Source of the DNA: Marsupella aquatica
Taxonomy: Eukaryota; Plantae; Marchantiophyta
DNA: 64,000 bases
NCBI GenBank assembly: GCA_973895155.1
Contig: OZ316899.1
Coordinates: 310,001 to 374,000 of the forward strand
Direction: 5' to 3'
Below the pieces are notes generated by a model that did no database searches, was not told the DNA's origin, and was given only the letters and a program-made list of their open reading frames with translations. Both the position numbers and the translations under genes were made by a program. How positions within the stretch are numbered: the first letter of the stretch is position 1; every line of letters starts with the position of its first letter. This document shows, one piece after another, positions 24,277-35,284 of this stretch.

Positions 24277-25476
24277 ATGCCCTACATGCAATGTAATGTG
24301 GCAGTGGATATGTCCTCTTCCTCTGAACTATCCAGTAGTGAGTACTCCTCCGATGACGATATACCCCCTCCTCCTCAGCCCGAGGTTACCGGTCCTCGTG
24401 GTCCACCCCGAAGACTTTGTGACTGCACCAGATGTGTGGGCCAAATTTCTCAAAAATCTTATGTGTGTGCTCAACATATTGAGAGATATGGACGTCATAG
24501 AGGTCTTACTCCCGGGGCTTCTTCATCCCATATGGTAAGTTTGTTTCAATTGATTGCCGTTCTTTACTGTTATTTTTAGAGGTGAATCAATGTTTACACA
24601 TATGGTTTACACATTTGGTTGTTTGTGGGTGTTTGCATGGAATAGGGATCCAGTATGCGTAGATTGGTGACACCACCACCCTATGTCCCATCACAAGGAG
24701 TTTTAGATGCTATAGGCAATGCACTTTCACAAGCCTTGGGTTTGGGAATTAGTACCAGTCATGGGACAGAAGGGGAACACCCTCATGTGCCCACTGAGAC
24801 ACGAAGACCCCGGTCCAGGCCCCAATCCAACAGGAGGCCACGAGCACCCAATGACCCATCCAAAACACTAGTTCAGGGTAGGTAGGGTGTTTGTTCATTC
24901 ACTGGCAAGTGTGCCTCTATCATCAAGGATTGGGAACCTATCACTCTTGGCTTGCCTTATTTTACAGATTTTGATGAGGAGATTGTGGTTTGGGGTAGAC
25001 GTTGGATTGTGAAAACTTCCACACTTGGAGAGAGACATGGATATGGAGTATTTGCTTGTGAGGATATCATCATGGATGAGGAGGGTGGGTCAAGTGTTCG
25101 TGGTAGAGAGGGTCCTACTTTGTTCCCATACGGTGGACCCATCTACAAGAGAAGACATTGGAACATGATCCTTGCACAACATCCTGAGTGGAAAACATAT
25201 GCTCTAGAGATGGATACTTTTGATGGTAGCACTAGAAGGTATAGTGAGCAGCGGGTGATAGATGGTGATCCCATACGTAATGGGAATATTGCTGGTTTCA
25301 TAAATAGTACTGTGGGGACTCGGCCCAAGCGTAGGGCCAATTGTGAGTGGGTTTTTACTGATGGTCCAATGCCGGCACCATATGGCACGACATATCATAA
25401 GGACCATTGCTTAGTTCTTGCTACTAGGACCATTAGAGCAGGAGATGAGTTATTCACACACTATGAGTGGGATTAG
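24277..25476 (+). CDS. CACTA-encoded SET-domain protein (SET-1); exon 24277-24534, then 24646-25476 with an in-frame TAG at 24883-24885, or a 90-nt intron 24878-24967 (332-aa product)
   Basis: SET motifs in order: GYGVFA, LFPYGG, TY, IDG, GNIAGFINS...ANC, LVLATRTIRAGDELFTHY. GTAAGT donor at 24535 and TAG acceptor at 24645 are phase 0. N-terminal CDCTRC-x11-QHIERYG motif. Confidence 0.82.
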
Positions 25477-25708
25477 GAAATCATGTCCTTTATCCTCTTG
25501 CACCTATTTTGGACTTCCCATTTACTATTATATATATGGCCTTTGGGCTCATTTTGGAGTAATAAGGTTTTAGCCCATGCATTTACTTTAATTCTTAATG
25601 TCTTGAATGAATGGTGTTAAGTCTATTTTAATTTGTTGTACTTGGTCAAATATACATGAGGAGGTTTTTTGGTTGTAATGTGCATAGAATGCGCAACCAT
25701 CTCAACAA

Positions 25709-28700
25709 ATGTTACCACGAAGGTTGAGAGCAACATATCGGGAGATGGGTATGCCAGAAGAGGGAGAACCATCAGAGGGTGATTCCTCATCAAGTAATGA
25801 TGTAGGTGGTGCTGATGAGGAAGCCGCACCTCGGACTGATGACCAGGTCATGCATGATCAAGATAGAGCCATGGATGACTTCATGGTTGATTGGTTTGGT
25901 GCCGATGTTGAGGATGATGTGCCTCACATTGGTGATGAGGTTGGCCCTTCAAATGACCCACGGCCACAACATACTCCAGAGGGACAACAACAATGGAAAG
26001 AGGCAGAGGAACATGCTCGAACACCTATTTTTGAGGGTGCTCGGTTGAGCCGTCTTTCTGCCATATTGGGGCTCTTGAACATTCAAGCCAAACACAAGAC
26101 AAGCAATTCTATGTTATCAGACATATTTGAATATTGTCATGACTTGATGTTACCCTCGGAGAATGTGTTGCCAGGGACCTGGAAGGATGCAAAGAAGGTT
26201 CTCTCATCCATTGGCATGGATTACCATATTATTCATGCCTGTGTGAATGATTGCATGTTATTTCACGGGGATACAGCCCATATCACAGAATGCACAGTGT
26301 GTCATGAGCCACGGTATGAGCCAAACATGCTAACCCAGAAGGTACCAAGGAAAGCAGTTCGTTGGTTCCCCATAATTCCTCGCTTGTTGCACATGTATAG
26401 ATGTTCTGACTTGGCCGAGTTGATGGTATGGCACAAGAAACATCGTTCGGAGCCCCGTGTCATGCAATTACCAGTTGACTCTCCTGCTCATAAACATGTG
26501 GAATCAACATGGCCAGATTTTGAGCGTGACCCTCGGCATGTGCGACTGGGGTTGGCATCAGATGGAGTTAGCCCTCATTCACTTGGAGGGAAGGGGAGAC
26601 CTACATCGGTCTGGCCTGTGGTTCTCATGAATTACAACCTTCCACCATGGTTGTCCATGAAAAAGGGTTTTTTGTTGCTATCTTTGATTATCCCAGGGCC
26701 AAAGAAGGTGAAGAACATGGACACCTATTTGACATTACTGGTTCAGGAACTCCAGAAATTATGGGAAGGAGTATGGGCATATGATGGTCGAAAGACTACA
26801 GGGGGTACCCCACGGGTTTTCAAACTCAGAGGGGTTTGTATGTGGACCATGCATGACTACCCAGGTAAGAACTTTGTTGTTTAAATGCATCATATTCTAA
26901 TGCATGGTATCCCCTCATTTCCATGTGCTAATCCTAACATAATGTGTGTTTATATGACCAGGATTTGGCTTTGTGAGTGGGTTGCAAACCCAAGGCTACA
27001 AGGCTTGCTCCACTTGTGGCCCAAGCCTTGGTGATGTAGCCAAGTATTCATCACATCTTTGCAAGATTGTTTATCTTGGGCATACAAAGTTTCTTCCAAT
27101 GGGACATCAGGTGAGGCGTGACCCACTACTATTTTCCTCTATTGATATGCCCTTTGGTGACGAGCGTGATGTACCTGAGCCAACAACTTTTACACACTGG
27201 AAAGACATGGCTGCAAGAGTGGCAGACCCAGAGGATCCCATGCAATTTGACGGTAGTGGCTTGACAAGGTGGAGTATATTAACCACTTTGCCCTATTGGG
27301 GTGAGTTGAAGATCCGCCATCTATTAGACCCCATGCACATTGAGGGAAATGTGGGAAAGGCTTTGATAAAGGCTTTCTATGGAGAGAAAGACACTAACTT
27401 CAGGGAGGCTTGTGAGGATCTTGAGATGCATCCAGACGTGTGGGTCATAAGTGATCCTATCACAGGGATCGAGCATCGACCTTCAGCTCCATGGGTGCTT
27501 CCTATTGGCCAGAGAAGAGAGTTTCGGAATCGCATAGGAGACATGCAGTTTCCTACTGGTTATGGTGCCAATCTCCGAAAGGCCTTTGGGATGGAGGACA
27601 ATCATAAGTGGCCAAGGTATCTCAAGACACATGACTACCATAGGTTATTGCAGCACATATTGCCTGTGGCCATAATAGGTTTGGCAAGTGAAGAAGTGCA
27701 AGATGCCCTTTGGTCATTGGGAAAACTATTGAGATGGGTATGCTCTAAGGAGATATATACTGATGAGATCCCTGGGATGGAGGTTTTGGCAGCAGAGGTG
27801 GTATGCAAGTTGGAGAAGGCCCTTCCTCCTTCCTTTTTTGACTGTCAAGTGCATTTACTTGTTCATCTTGTTCATGAGGTGGCCATTGCAGGTCCTGTGC
27901 ATTGTCGGTGGATGTATTGGCTAGAACGATACATGGCAGTGTTAAAAGGTTATGTACGTAACCGTGCACGGGTTGAGGGAAGCATGGCTACAGGATACTT
28001 AGCAGCTGAGAGTATGTTCTATTGTAGTAACATATTGGCCACAATTGATTGTACCTCTCCCCGTACTTGGGTAGAGGAGAGGGAAGATGAAGAGGATCGT
28101 TTAACAGGTGCTAGGAAAACTCGCATGTTGACACCAGTGGAGGTGAAACAACTGACCACATTCATGTTGAGTAACAACACTATCATGGAAGAATGGAGGG
28201 ATTTCTATGAGGATGCCAAAAGTAACAGCACAAGTACCTTGACTATATGAAGGAGAAGTTAGTTGAGGTGGATGACATGGTGGTCAGGGGAGAGAGTGTA
28301 TTACATTTTCTGGCTATCACAGATGATGTTCGTACCATTGTTCATGGTCCCTTGAGAGTGGTTACAACAAGGACAGCAATGTGGACACAAGGAAGACATT
28401 TCAGGTGATCTCCATCTACCTTAGTAACCTTTGATTTGAATCACTTGGTTTAATTTAATTCATTTGTAATACAAGCACGTATATTGAAGAGGCAGATTCT
28501 TGGTGTGTTCAATTAACTGGAATATGTTTGTGTCTATTTTTGTGTAACATATCCTTATGGTTTGATGGATTTTAGGATTTCTTCCCTTGATGAGAAGAGG
28601 GGTCGTACCTTTGATTGTGGAGTTCAAGGACAATTCTCTCAAGATTCCCGCAGCAGTCGCCATGACACAAATATTATTCGAGATGTTGTGCCACATTATG

Positions 28701-29062
28701 GAAAGGTAGAAGAGATTCTAGTGATATCTTATGATGCACAATCAAAGTTTGAAGAGTATGTCTTCAAGTGCAAGTGGTTCAAAGTGAACCTTGCAGGTAA
28801 CAATCCTACTGTGGTTCAAGATGAGTGTGGATTTACACGACTGAAGACGTCTGCCACTAGTTTCCAGCCATCTCATTGGCAAACATCAGAGCCGTTCACT
28901 TTTCCAAGTCATGTGGAACAATGTTTCTATATTCCATACCCCCCAAACCCAGAGGAATGGTCACTTGTCATCACATATGTGCCACGGTCTCGTTCAATCG
29001 TTGGGGAAAAGCCTGATATTCTGGTTGTGTCCCAACCTGAAGATGATGAGGACCAAGTTTGA
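25709..29062 (+). pseudogene. CACTA transposase (TnpD: Transposase_21 + DUF4218 + DUF4216); introns 26865-26961 and 28405-28575; frameshift near 28230
   Basis: IHACVNDCMLF, CTVCHEPRY, WFPIIPRL, RHVRLGLASDGVSP, WPVVLMNYNLPPW, IIPGPK, HDYPG|FGFVSG, LDPMHIEGNV, LKTHDYHRLLQ, HLLVHLVHEV...GPVHCRWMYWLER, EPFTFPSHVEQCFY. Confidence 0.93.
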
Positions 29063-29859
29063 GGGGTCTGTGTTTGTGGATATATAGCTACACGGATATA
29101 TAGTTAGATTTGATGATATGAAGATTTCTCTTCTTGGTAGAATGGAGAAATATGTGCTTCTCAATTATCAATAAACTTATGTTTTGTAAGTATATCATTT
29201 TCAAATGTTGTTTTCTATATCTCCCATCCCTACCCCACACTCACCACACCTTTTGGTAGACTTTATGCAAAGAAAACTCATGTTGCTTGTAGTCCTCTAT
29301 CCTCCATGCTTTCCTAATCCCCCCCTAGCCGTTCTCCTTATTACTTGTACCCACCTCCCTCCTCCTTTCTTTCATTGTCTGTCCCTCTTATTAAACCCTT
29401 CTTCCTCCTTCCTCTCCTTGTCCCAACCCCTTTCTATTTCAACCCTATACTTTCCTTACTTTCCACCCCTGTCCCCCACTCTTACCTATACAACCTAGCT
29501 TCTCTCCTCCCTCCTAAACCTATACCCTTAAACCTCCCTCATTTCCTTGTCCCTCTCTAAACCAATACCCTCCCTCCTTTCCTTGTCCCTCTCTAAACCC
29601 TAAACTCCCTCCTTTTTATTTTCACTCCCTAAATCCAAACCCTCCCTAAAACTATATCTACATACCCTTCCTCCTCCCTCATTTCCTTGTGCCCCCTAAA
29701 CCTGTATCCTCCCTCTTGGATCCCTCCGTTCCTTGTCCCTCCTAGCCCCATTCCCTTCCTCCTCCTTTTCATTGTCCCTCCCTAAAAATTACATGTATCC
29801 ACCCTCCTTTACCCTCCCTCCCCAATCCCATTCCTTTTCCACCTCTTTGAAGCGCTCAT

Positions 29860-30400
29860 AATATTTTGCGAAACATCTTGCGAAACCCCTACACCCGCAA
29901 ACTCATCGCTACATTTGCGATACTTAACTGCTCCCTAATTGCCATCATCCCCTCATCGCAAACTTCCGAAGATACCACCATCTCAAAGTTGCAAAACCAA
30001 AACATTCACAAAATGAGACCCTAGACAGGCACAGGATTTGCGAGCCTATTACTATCGCAAGTTAGCCATTCCACAAACATCGCTCATTTGCGAGACAATA
30101 AGACTCGCAAAATATTTTGAGATGCTTAAATATTCGCAACTATTTAGTTTTCCTGCGCATCTCAATGAATTTGCGAAGCGGTAAAGATCGCTAACTTGTT
30201 CAATGGTAATTGCTTCGGAAATGTTTTGCGATACGTGAAGTGTCATAAAATGTTGCGATGGTCTAAGTTTCGCAATTATGTGTTGCGATGTGTGTAGATT
30301 TGCTAAGTGCGATGCGTATCGTATCGCAAGTTTAGCGATGAGATTAATCTTGCAAAGCTTTCTTCCTCTTGTAAAATGCCTTCGCAAAATTGGCAAATAT
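29860..30400. repeat. Right subterminal TTCGCA/TGCGAA motif array of CACTA-1
   Basis: Same motif as the left array, in both orientations; preceded by a C/T-rich tract at about 29340-29860. Confidence 0.85.
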
Positions 30401-30559
30401 GTAGTAGTGAATGAAAGCTACACATGCTACCTGTTTGGATCAAAATCCCATTCAGAGCATTATGTAGTTTGCTATGAAGAACCAAAATACATTTAAAGGT
30501 CTTCAAACTCAGTATTTGTTCCCATAAAGAACAAGATGGGGTTGGTTTGATAGATTTAA

Positions 30560-32440
30560 ACAACAATAATAGACTTAAGATGTTTTCCACACATAGTGAT
30601 CAAGTTTGATTACTTTACTAAGGTATTTTGAAGATCGCTCCACAGCGGTAAGAAGTTTTCAATGATAACTTAGCATCATGTAACCATCAAATAATAAAAA
30701 TGGAATGATTAACAAAACACACCAAAATATCTTAAAGTATGCTAAGGGAGTCTGGCATGTGCCAAGGTTACTTCTTAAACATAAGTCAAAATGAAAAGAT
30801 TTAGAAGATTGAAATCCATATTGCTTTTCAGGTCTAATGTGCTTACTAGAGTTCTCTTTTAAAGTGTCATCAACACGTCTTGCCTTTTCTTTCTAAGTGG
30901 TACTCAGACAAGATCTAGAAGGGTGACGTACTACTTCAACATTTAGATGGTACTAAGCAACATGAAAGAAAATCCATCAATTTCAATAAGACTTAAATTC
31001 AATGAGTTAACTTCAAGAACTTATATAGGAAATTGCAATAAGTCACCAAAAAGGAATTTGTCATTACAACACCCAAAGATTTTGTACAAATGGATTTTAC
31101 TTCCAGTGTTTATAAACAGAGGTGCAAACACAAGAAGGAGGTAAGACTCTCCTGTTGTTAAACCTGATCTTGAACTCATAGATTCATGATCAATTGGTTT
31201 AACACAAAGAAGAGGCAAAAATGCAAAACTTAACCATCCTGGTACACTAGTGGTAGAGGGGTCTTATAGTGAAAATCTACAGGGTGGAGGTCATAAGGTC
31301 GAAGAGACATGCCTTTTCATACCCCTCAAAAAGTTAAAATGGCCAATCAATAAGTGAAAAGCCGGAAAACTGGCTAAATGTAAACCGTAAACTAGTAAAC
31401 TCGTAAAAGCTTAAGTCGTAACTCGTAACTCATAATTGCGGTATAACTAAAAACTTATCAAATTTAACTATTTTTAACTTCCTAAATATAAGTCAAAAAA
31501 CTCTGAGATTTTGCCAGCAGGCTTTCCTAAGTACAGACTATATGCTGAAGAAGTATGACAGGTTTTAAAGCTCTAGAACACATTTATAAAAATCAGACAA
31601 GATGCACTACTCCTAAAACTAACTAGAAACACTTAGACCCTACCTTAGTCTTGTTGCCAAATGTCATGTGGTTCGAGAAGCTTCACAAATGCAACAGTCC
31701 CTGATTGGGTAACCTCCATGAGCTCGGCTTGACGTGGTGATCCTCAAGAATAGGGCAAGCATCTTAGTTGTCTCTCAGGATACATCAAAGGCATTCTCTT
31801 CATTAAGTAACATGAATCTATACAAAGCGCCTCTCGGTAAATTCCAATCACATCATAGTGATTGCAGGTAGCAGCATAAACCTGAGGATAGTGAGACATG
31901 AAATCTTCGGTCTTCATCTTCTTGAATAGAATGGACGAAGTCTCCGAGTAACATCCTTAAAGTACCGGTTGAACTTGGCTAGGGTCTAAGTGGTGACATT
32001 ATTCCATATCCTTTGCTTCTCGGCTAAAGTGCTAGTTGAGACCAACTCAACCTTTGGTTCTTGAGGGATGTAGTTGTTCTGACAAGAAGTAGACTTCTTA
32101 CTCTCCATGAGAAAAGAAATCACAAAATCCAAGGCATAGGCTGCAAAATTTCCAAAGTATGGCAAGACTAAATCAGGATCCTCCACTTCTATATCACCTT
32201 GTAGCAGCATCAAAGCCAGTATGGGTCGGAAGTAAACAGAGTCGGTCCAAAACTCATCAAACCGTGCCATCTCCACTCTGGAAGTACTATGACACCTAAG
32301 ATCAAAAATGTAGCCCGCCTCAGTCGTCTTCAGGTAAATCAATACTTTCTCTAACTCTGGAATATTATAGTCCACTTGGAATTTTGATAGTGTACTTTTG
32401 GAAAATTGAATGTTACTTTTTAGAAATTTGAAAACATACT
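30560..32440 (-). mobile_element. Degenerate fragment related to the 40435-45854 insert, including ORF 32375-31986
   Basis: FDEFWTDSVYFRPILALMLLQG.I.VE..DL.L.YFGN..AY.L.F.I.FL...QRIWNNVT aligns with MDEIWTKAKYFCPILAVMILVG...YFGNLPAYVLEFIINFL...QRIWNNIT (43994-43401). Confidence 0.6.
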
Positions 32441-34189
32441 TTTTGAGTTTTAAATAAGGGTTCTAAACAATTCCAATTTTCTTCCGGATACTTCAGCACC
32501 AATTTTGGAAACTTCAAGTTGTGATTTGGTACAAACTTTTGAGACATAACATAAGAAAAGGGGCTTAGGTTCACACGTTGTTAACTTCATCCCAATGAAT
32601 TTTTTAATAGATAGAGACCAGCCACGAAAAGCCACACGACAAGGGGGAACAAGCAGCCTCACACACAACAAAGAACATGCACAACATACCCCTAAAAGCC
32701 CCAAAAAGAAGAGGGCCAGAGAGTTGCACAAGAGTAAAGAGTAAAAGCTCAACAACAAGAGTCGCCCTGACACCTAAGGGGCACGACGGAACAAAAGGTG
32801 CACTCAAAGCTTCAATGAAGAGTAAGATACTTGAGATGACTACTTATGATCATAAAAAGTGGGCGGGACCAAGTGTAACAGTCCAGAGGAGCATATAGTT
32901 TAGCAAGCAGTTTTGCAAGCTTTATCGATGCCTAGAATGATGCATACATGAATTCTACATGTCTTGTTGTGAGGGAGGAGTATGATAGACGGAGGACTTT
33001 GCACAAGCCGTTCATCCGCAATCGAGCACGAGCCACTCTCCTCCACCAACACATGCAATAGGAGAAGGCATCATGAGAATAAAGGCTCCTCTATACTCTC
33101 TCCTCCCATCCCACACGCAGAGGGAGAAGCGTCGTGTGAAAAGAGGCTCCTCTCTGCCGAAGACCAAGTCGCTCCAGAAATAGAAGGGCAAAGAACAAGG
33201 GGATTGCAAATGAAAGAGCACCAACATCAAATTTGCATAACAAAACAACATTCCACATTTGTACACATAAAGATAAGCTTGGTATATTCATAGGAAACAT
33301 ATGTGCCTAACAAAAATTCTGGTTGATGTCGGCGTAGGCATCCCTGAAATCAACCTCCCAGGCTCAGAAACACCCAAGCCTCCCAAGCGGAAAACACTAA
33401 GGCGGAAAACGCAAGCACTTTCTGTTCACACCTAAACACGATGCACGATCAACTAACAAATTCCTACGCGATGATTGCATCCGCACAAAAAACAGCTCCA
33501 AAACACCTCCCGAGAGCTGACTCCAGAATGCCTCATTCAATCGTTCCAGGATGATGGCATCCACTCGTCGAAGTCTGCATTATCGCTATCTAGAAATTCT
33601 TCCCTTGCCCATTCCTTTAGACTTCTCTCGGAGCTTCGTTTCTTCTTCAAAGGTCCGTAATACTCAGCCAAATGCTCCCTCTTCCAACGACGCCTCATCT
33701 TTCGACATTCCTCCCGACGGATCCTCTTTTGTTGCCCCTCCGCGGCCTTTGTTGGCTTCTTCTCTTTCATCCGGTAGTTTCGACTCCTCCTCCACCTCAT
33801 CTGCAACAGGTGCCTGGTTGTTCGTCTTGTCATGACTAACCACAATTTGGTTGCCAAGAGGAGGAATGGTTTATGTTCTTGCAGCAACTCTAGAGTCAAA
33901 ACTATCGTATGGCTCCGAGCACACAGAGAAGTTGGACCGCTCCTCATTCGCATTCTCTGCCTGTAATGCTCTAGAACTCTTCTCCGTATGTAATGTCAAA
34001 GAACTCCTCAATCGTCTCCCAGGTGCCATTATGAAAGTTAAGGAAAATCACCACGATCCAAAATGGTTGTCAAACGCTCAATTTGGAAAAGGAAGATTTG
34101 ATCAGAAGGAGAGAGATGTTGGAGACTGAGCCAGAAGTTCATCACAAAGCATAACTTGAAGGAGAGAAACAAGCCTCTCGAATAAAGGT

Positions 34190-35270
34190 GTGTGTGATGA
34201 GATCCGGGATTTGCAAGTCATAAGTTCATTATGACATCCTACGCGAGCCACGTATGGCACAATTATGATACTAAAACCCGTGACCCGGCACCACACCATC
34301 ATTGTGGCCACAACGGACCCGAGCCATAGGTCGACATGCGCGCCATTGCAGTGAAAGTGACATTCAGTACAAGTACACACCTTTCACTTTCCGAAGGTCA
34401 TAATGATCCTAGAGCTGAGTAGTCCGGCCTACACGAGCCTCGTGCGGAAAGTGACTGGAACCAACCAACTCCAACCTCGCCTGTTGTTCTCCCACAGTCC
34501 TCAACCCGACAATTAGTACATGCCGTGTGAATATGGGTGTCTGTGATGAGATCCGGGATTTGCAAGTCATAAGTTGATTATGACATCCTACGCGAGCCTC
34601 GTGTAGCACAATTATGATACAAAAGCACCTGTCAATTTAACCTCAATAACGGAGGAAATTGAGCTCATCCCACCCAAATCTCGTGATCCGGCACCAAACC
34701 ATCATTGTGGCCACAACGGACACGAGCTAAAGGTCGACATGCACGCCATTGCAGTGAATATGACATTGAGTACAAGTACACACCTTTCACTTTCCGAAAA
34801 TGATCCTCGAGCTAAGTAATCCGACCTACACAAGCCTCGTGCGAAAAGTGACTGGAACCAACCAACTCCAACCTCGCCTATTGTTCTCCCACAGTCCTCA
34901 ACCCGACAATTAATACATGTCGTGTGAATATGGGTGTCTGTGATGAGATCCGAGATTTGCAAGTCATAAGTTGATTATGACATCCTACGCGAGCCTTGTG
35001 TAGCACAATTATGATACAAAAGCACCTGTCAATTTAACCTCAATAACGGAGGAAATTGAGCTCATCCCACCCAAATCTCGTAATCCGGCACCAAACCATT
35101 TTCACTTTCCAAAAATGATCCTCGAGCTAAGTAATCCGGCCTACACGAGCCTCATGCGGAAAGTGACTGGAACAAACCAGCTCCAACCTCGCCTATTGTT
35201 CTCCCACAATCCTGACCCCGACAATTAGGACATGCCGTGCATCACCAAGTGTCTTCCACGCGAGTCTCGC
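34190..35270. repeat. About 350-400 bp tandem units (about 3 copies) 3' of the Sola-type ORF
   Basis: TGTGATGAGATCCG..ATTTGCAAGTCATAAGTT.ATTATGACATCCTACGCGAGCC recurs at about 34193, 34542 and 34940. Contains CTAC(A/G)CGAGCCTCGTG palindromes. Confidence 0.9.
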
Positions 35271-35284
35271 ATCGAGAAAGGATT

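Larger units (their letters stand above)
19543..30409 (+). mobile_element. Full-length CACTA/EnSpm element (10,867 bp), CACTA-1
   Basis: Left end CACTACAACA, right end TGTAGTAGTG (TIR 9/10 match). 3-bp TSD AAT at 19540-19542 and 30410-30412. TTCGCA/TGCGAA-rich subterminal arrays at both ends, internal transposase, and a host LINE ORF that rejoins across it. Confidence 0.95.

Noticed and set aside
29205-29860. ORFs or a functional triplex/G4 element in the C/T-rich tract
   Set aside because: Low-complexity subterminal sequence; the ORFs are compositional artefacts and nothing supports a function.
31245-31260. CACTAGTGG as the left terminus of CACTA-2
   Set aside because: No subterminal motif array or matching partner end; it lies in sequence resembling the ORF-bearing LTR family.
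32450-34190. Short ORFs as a gene, or as the TnpA-like gene of CACTA-2 or the Sola left end
   Set aside because: Fragmentary and low-complexity; no motif, TIR or TSD could be supported.
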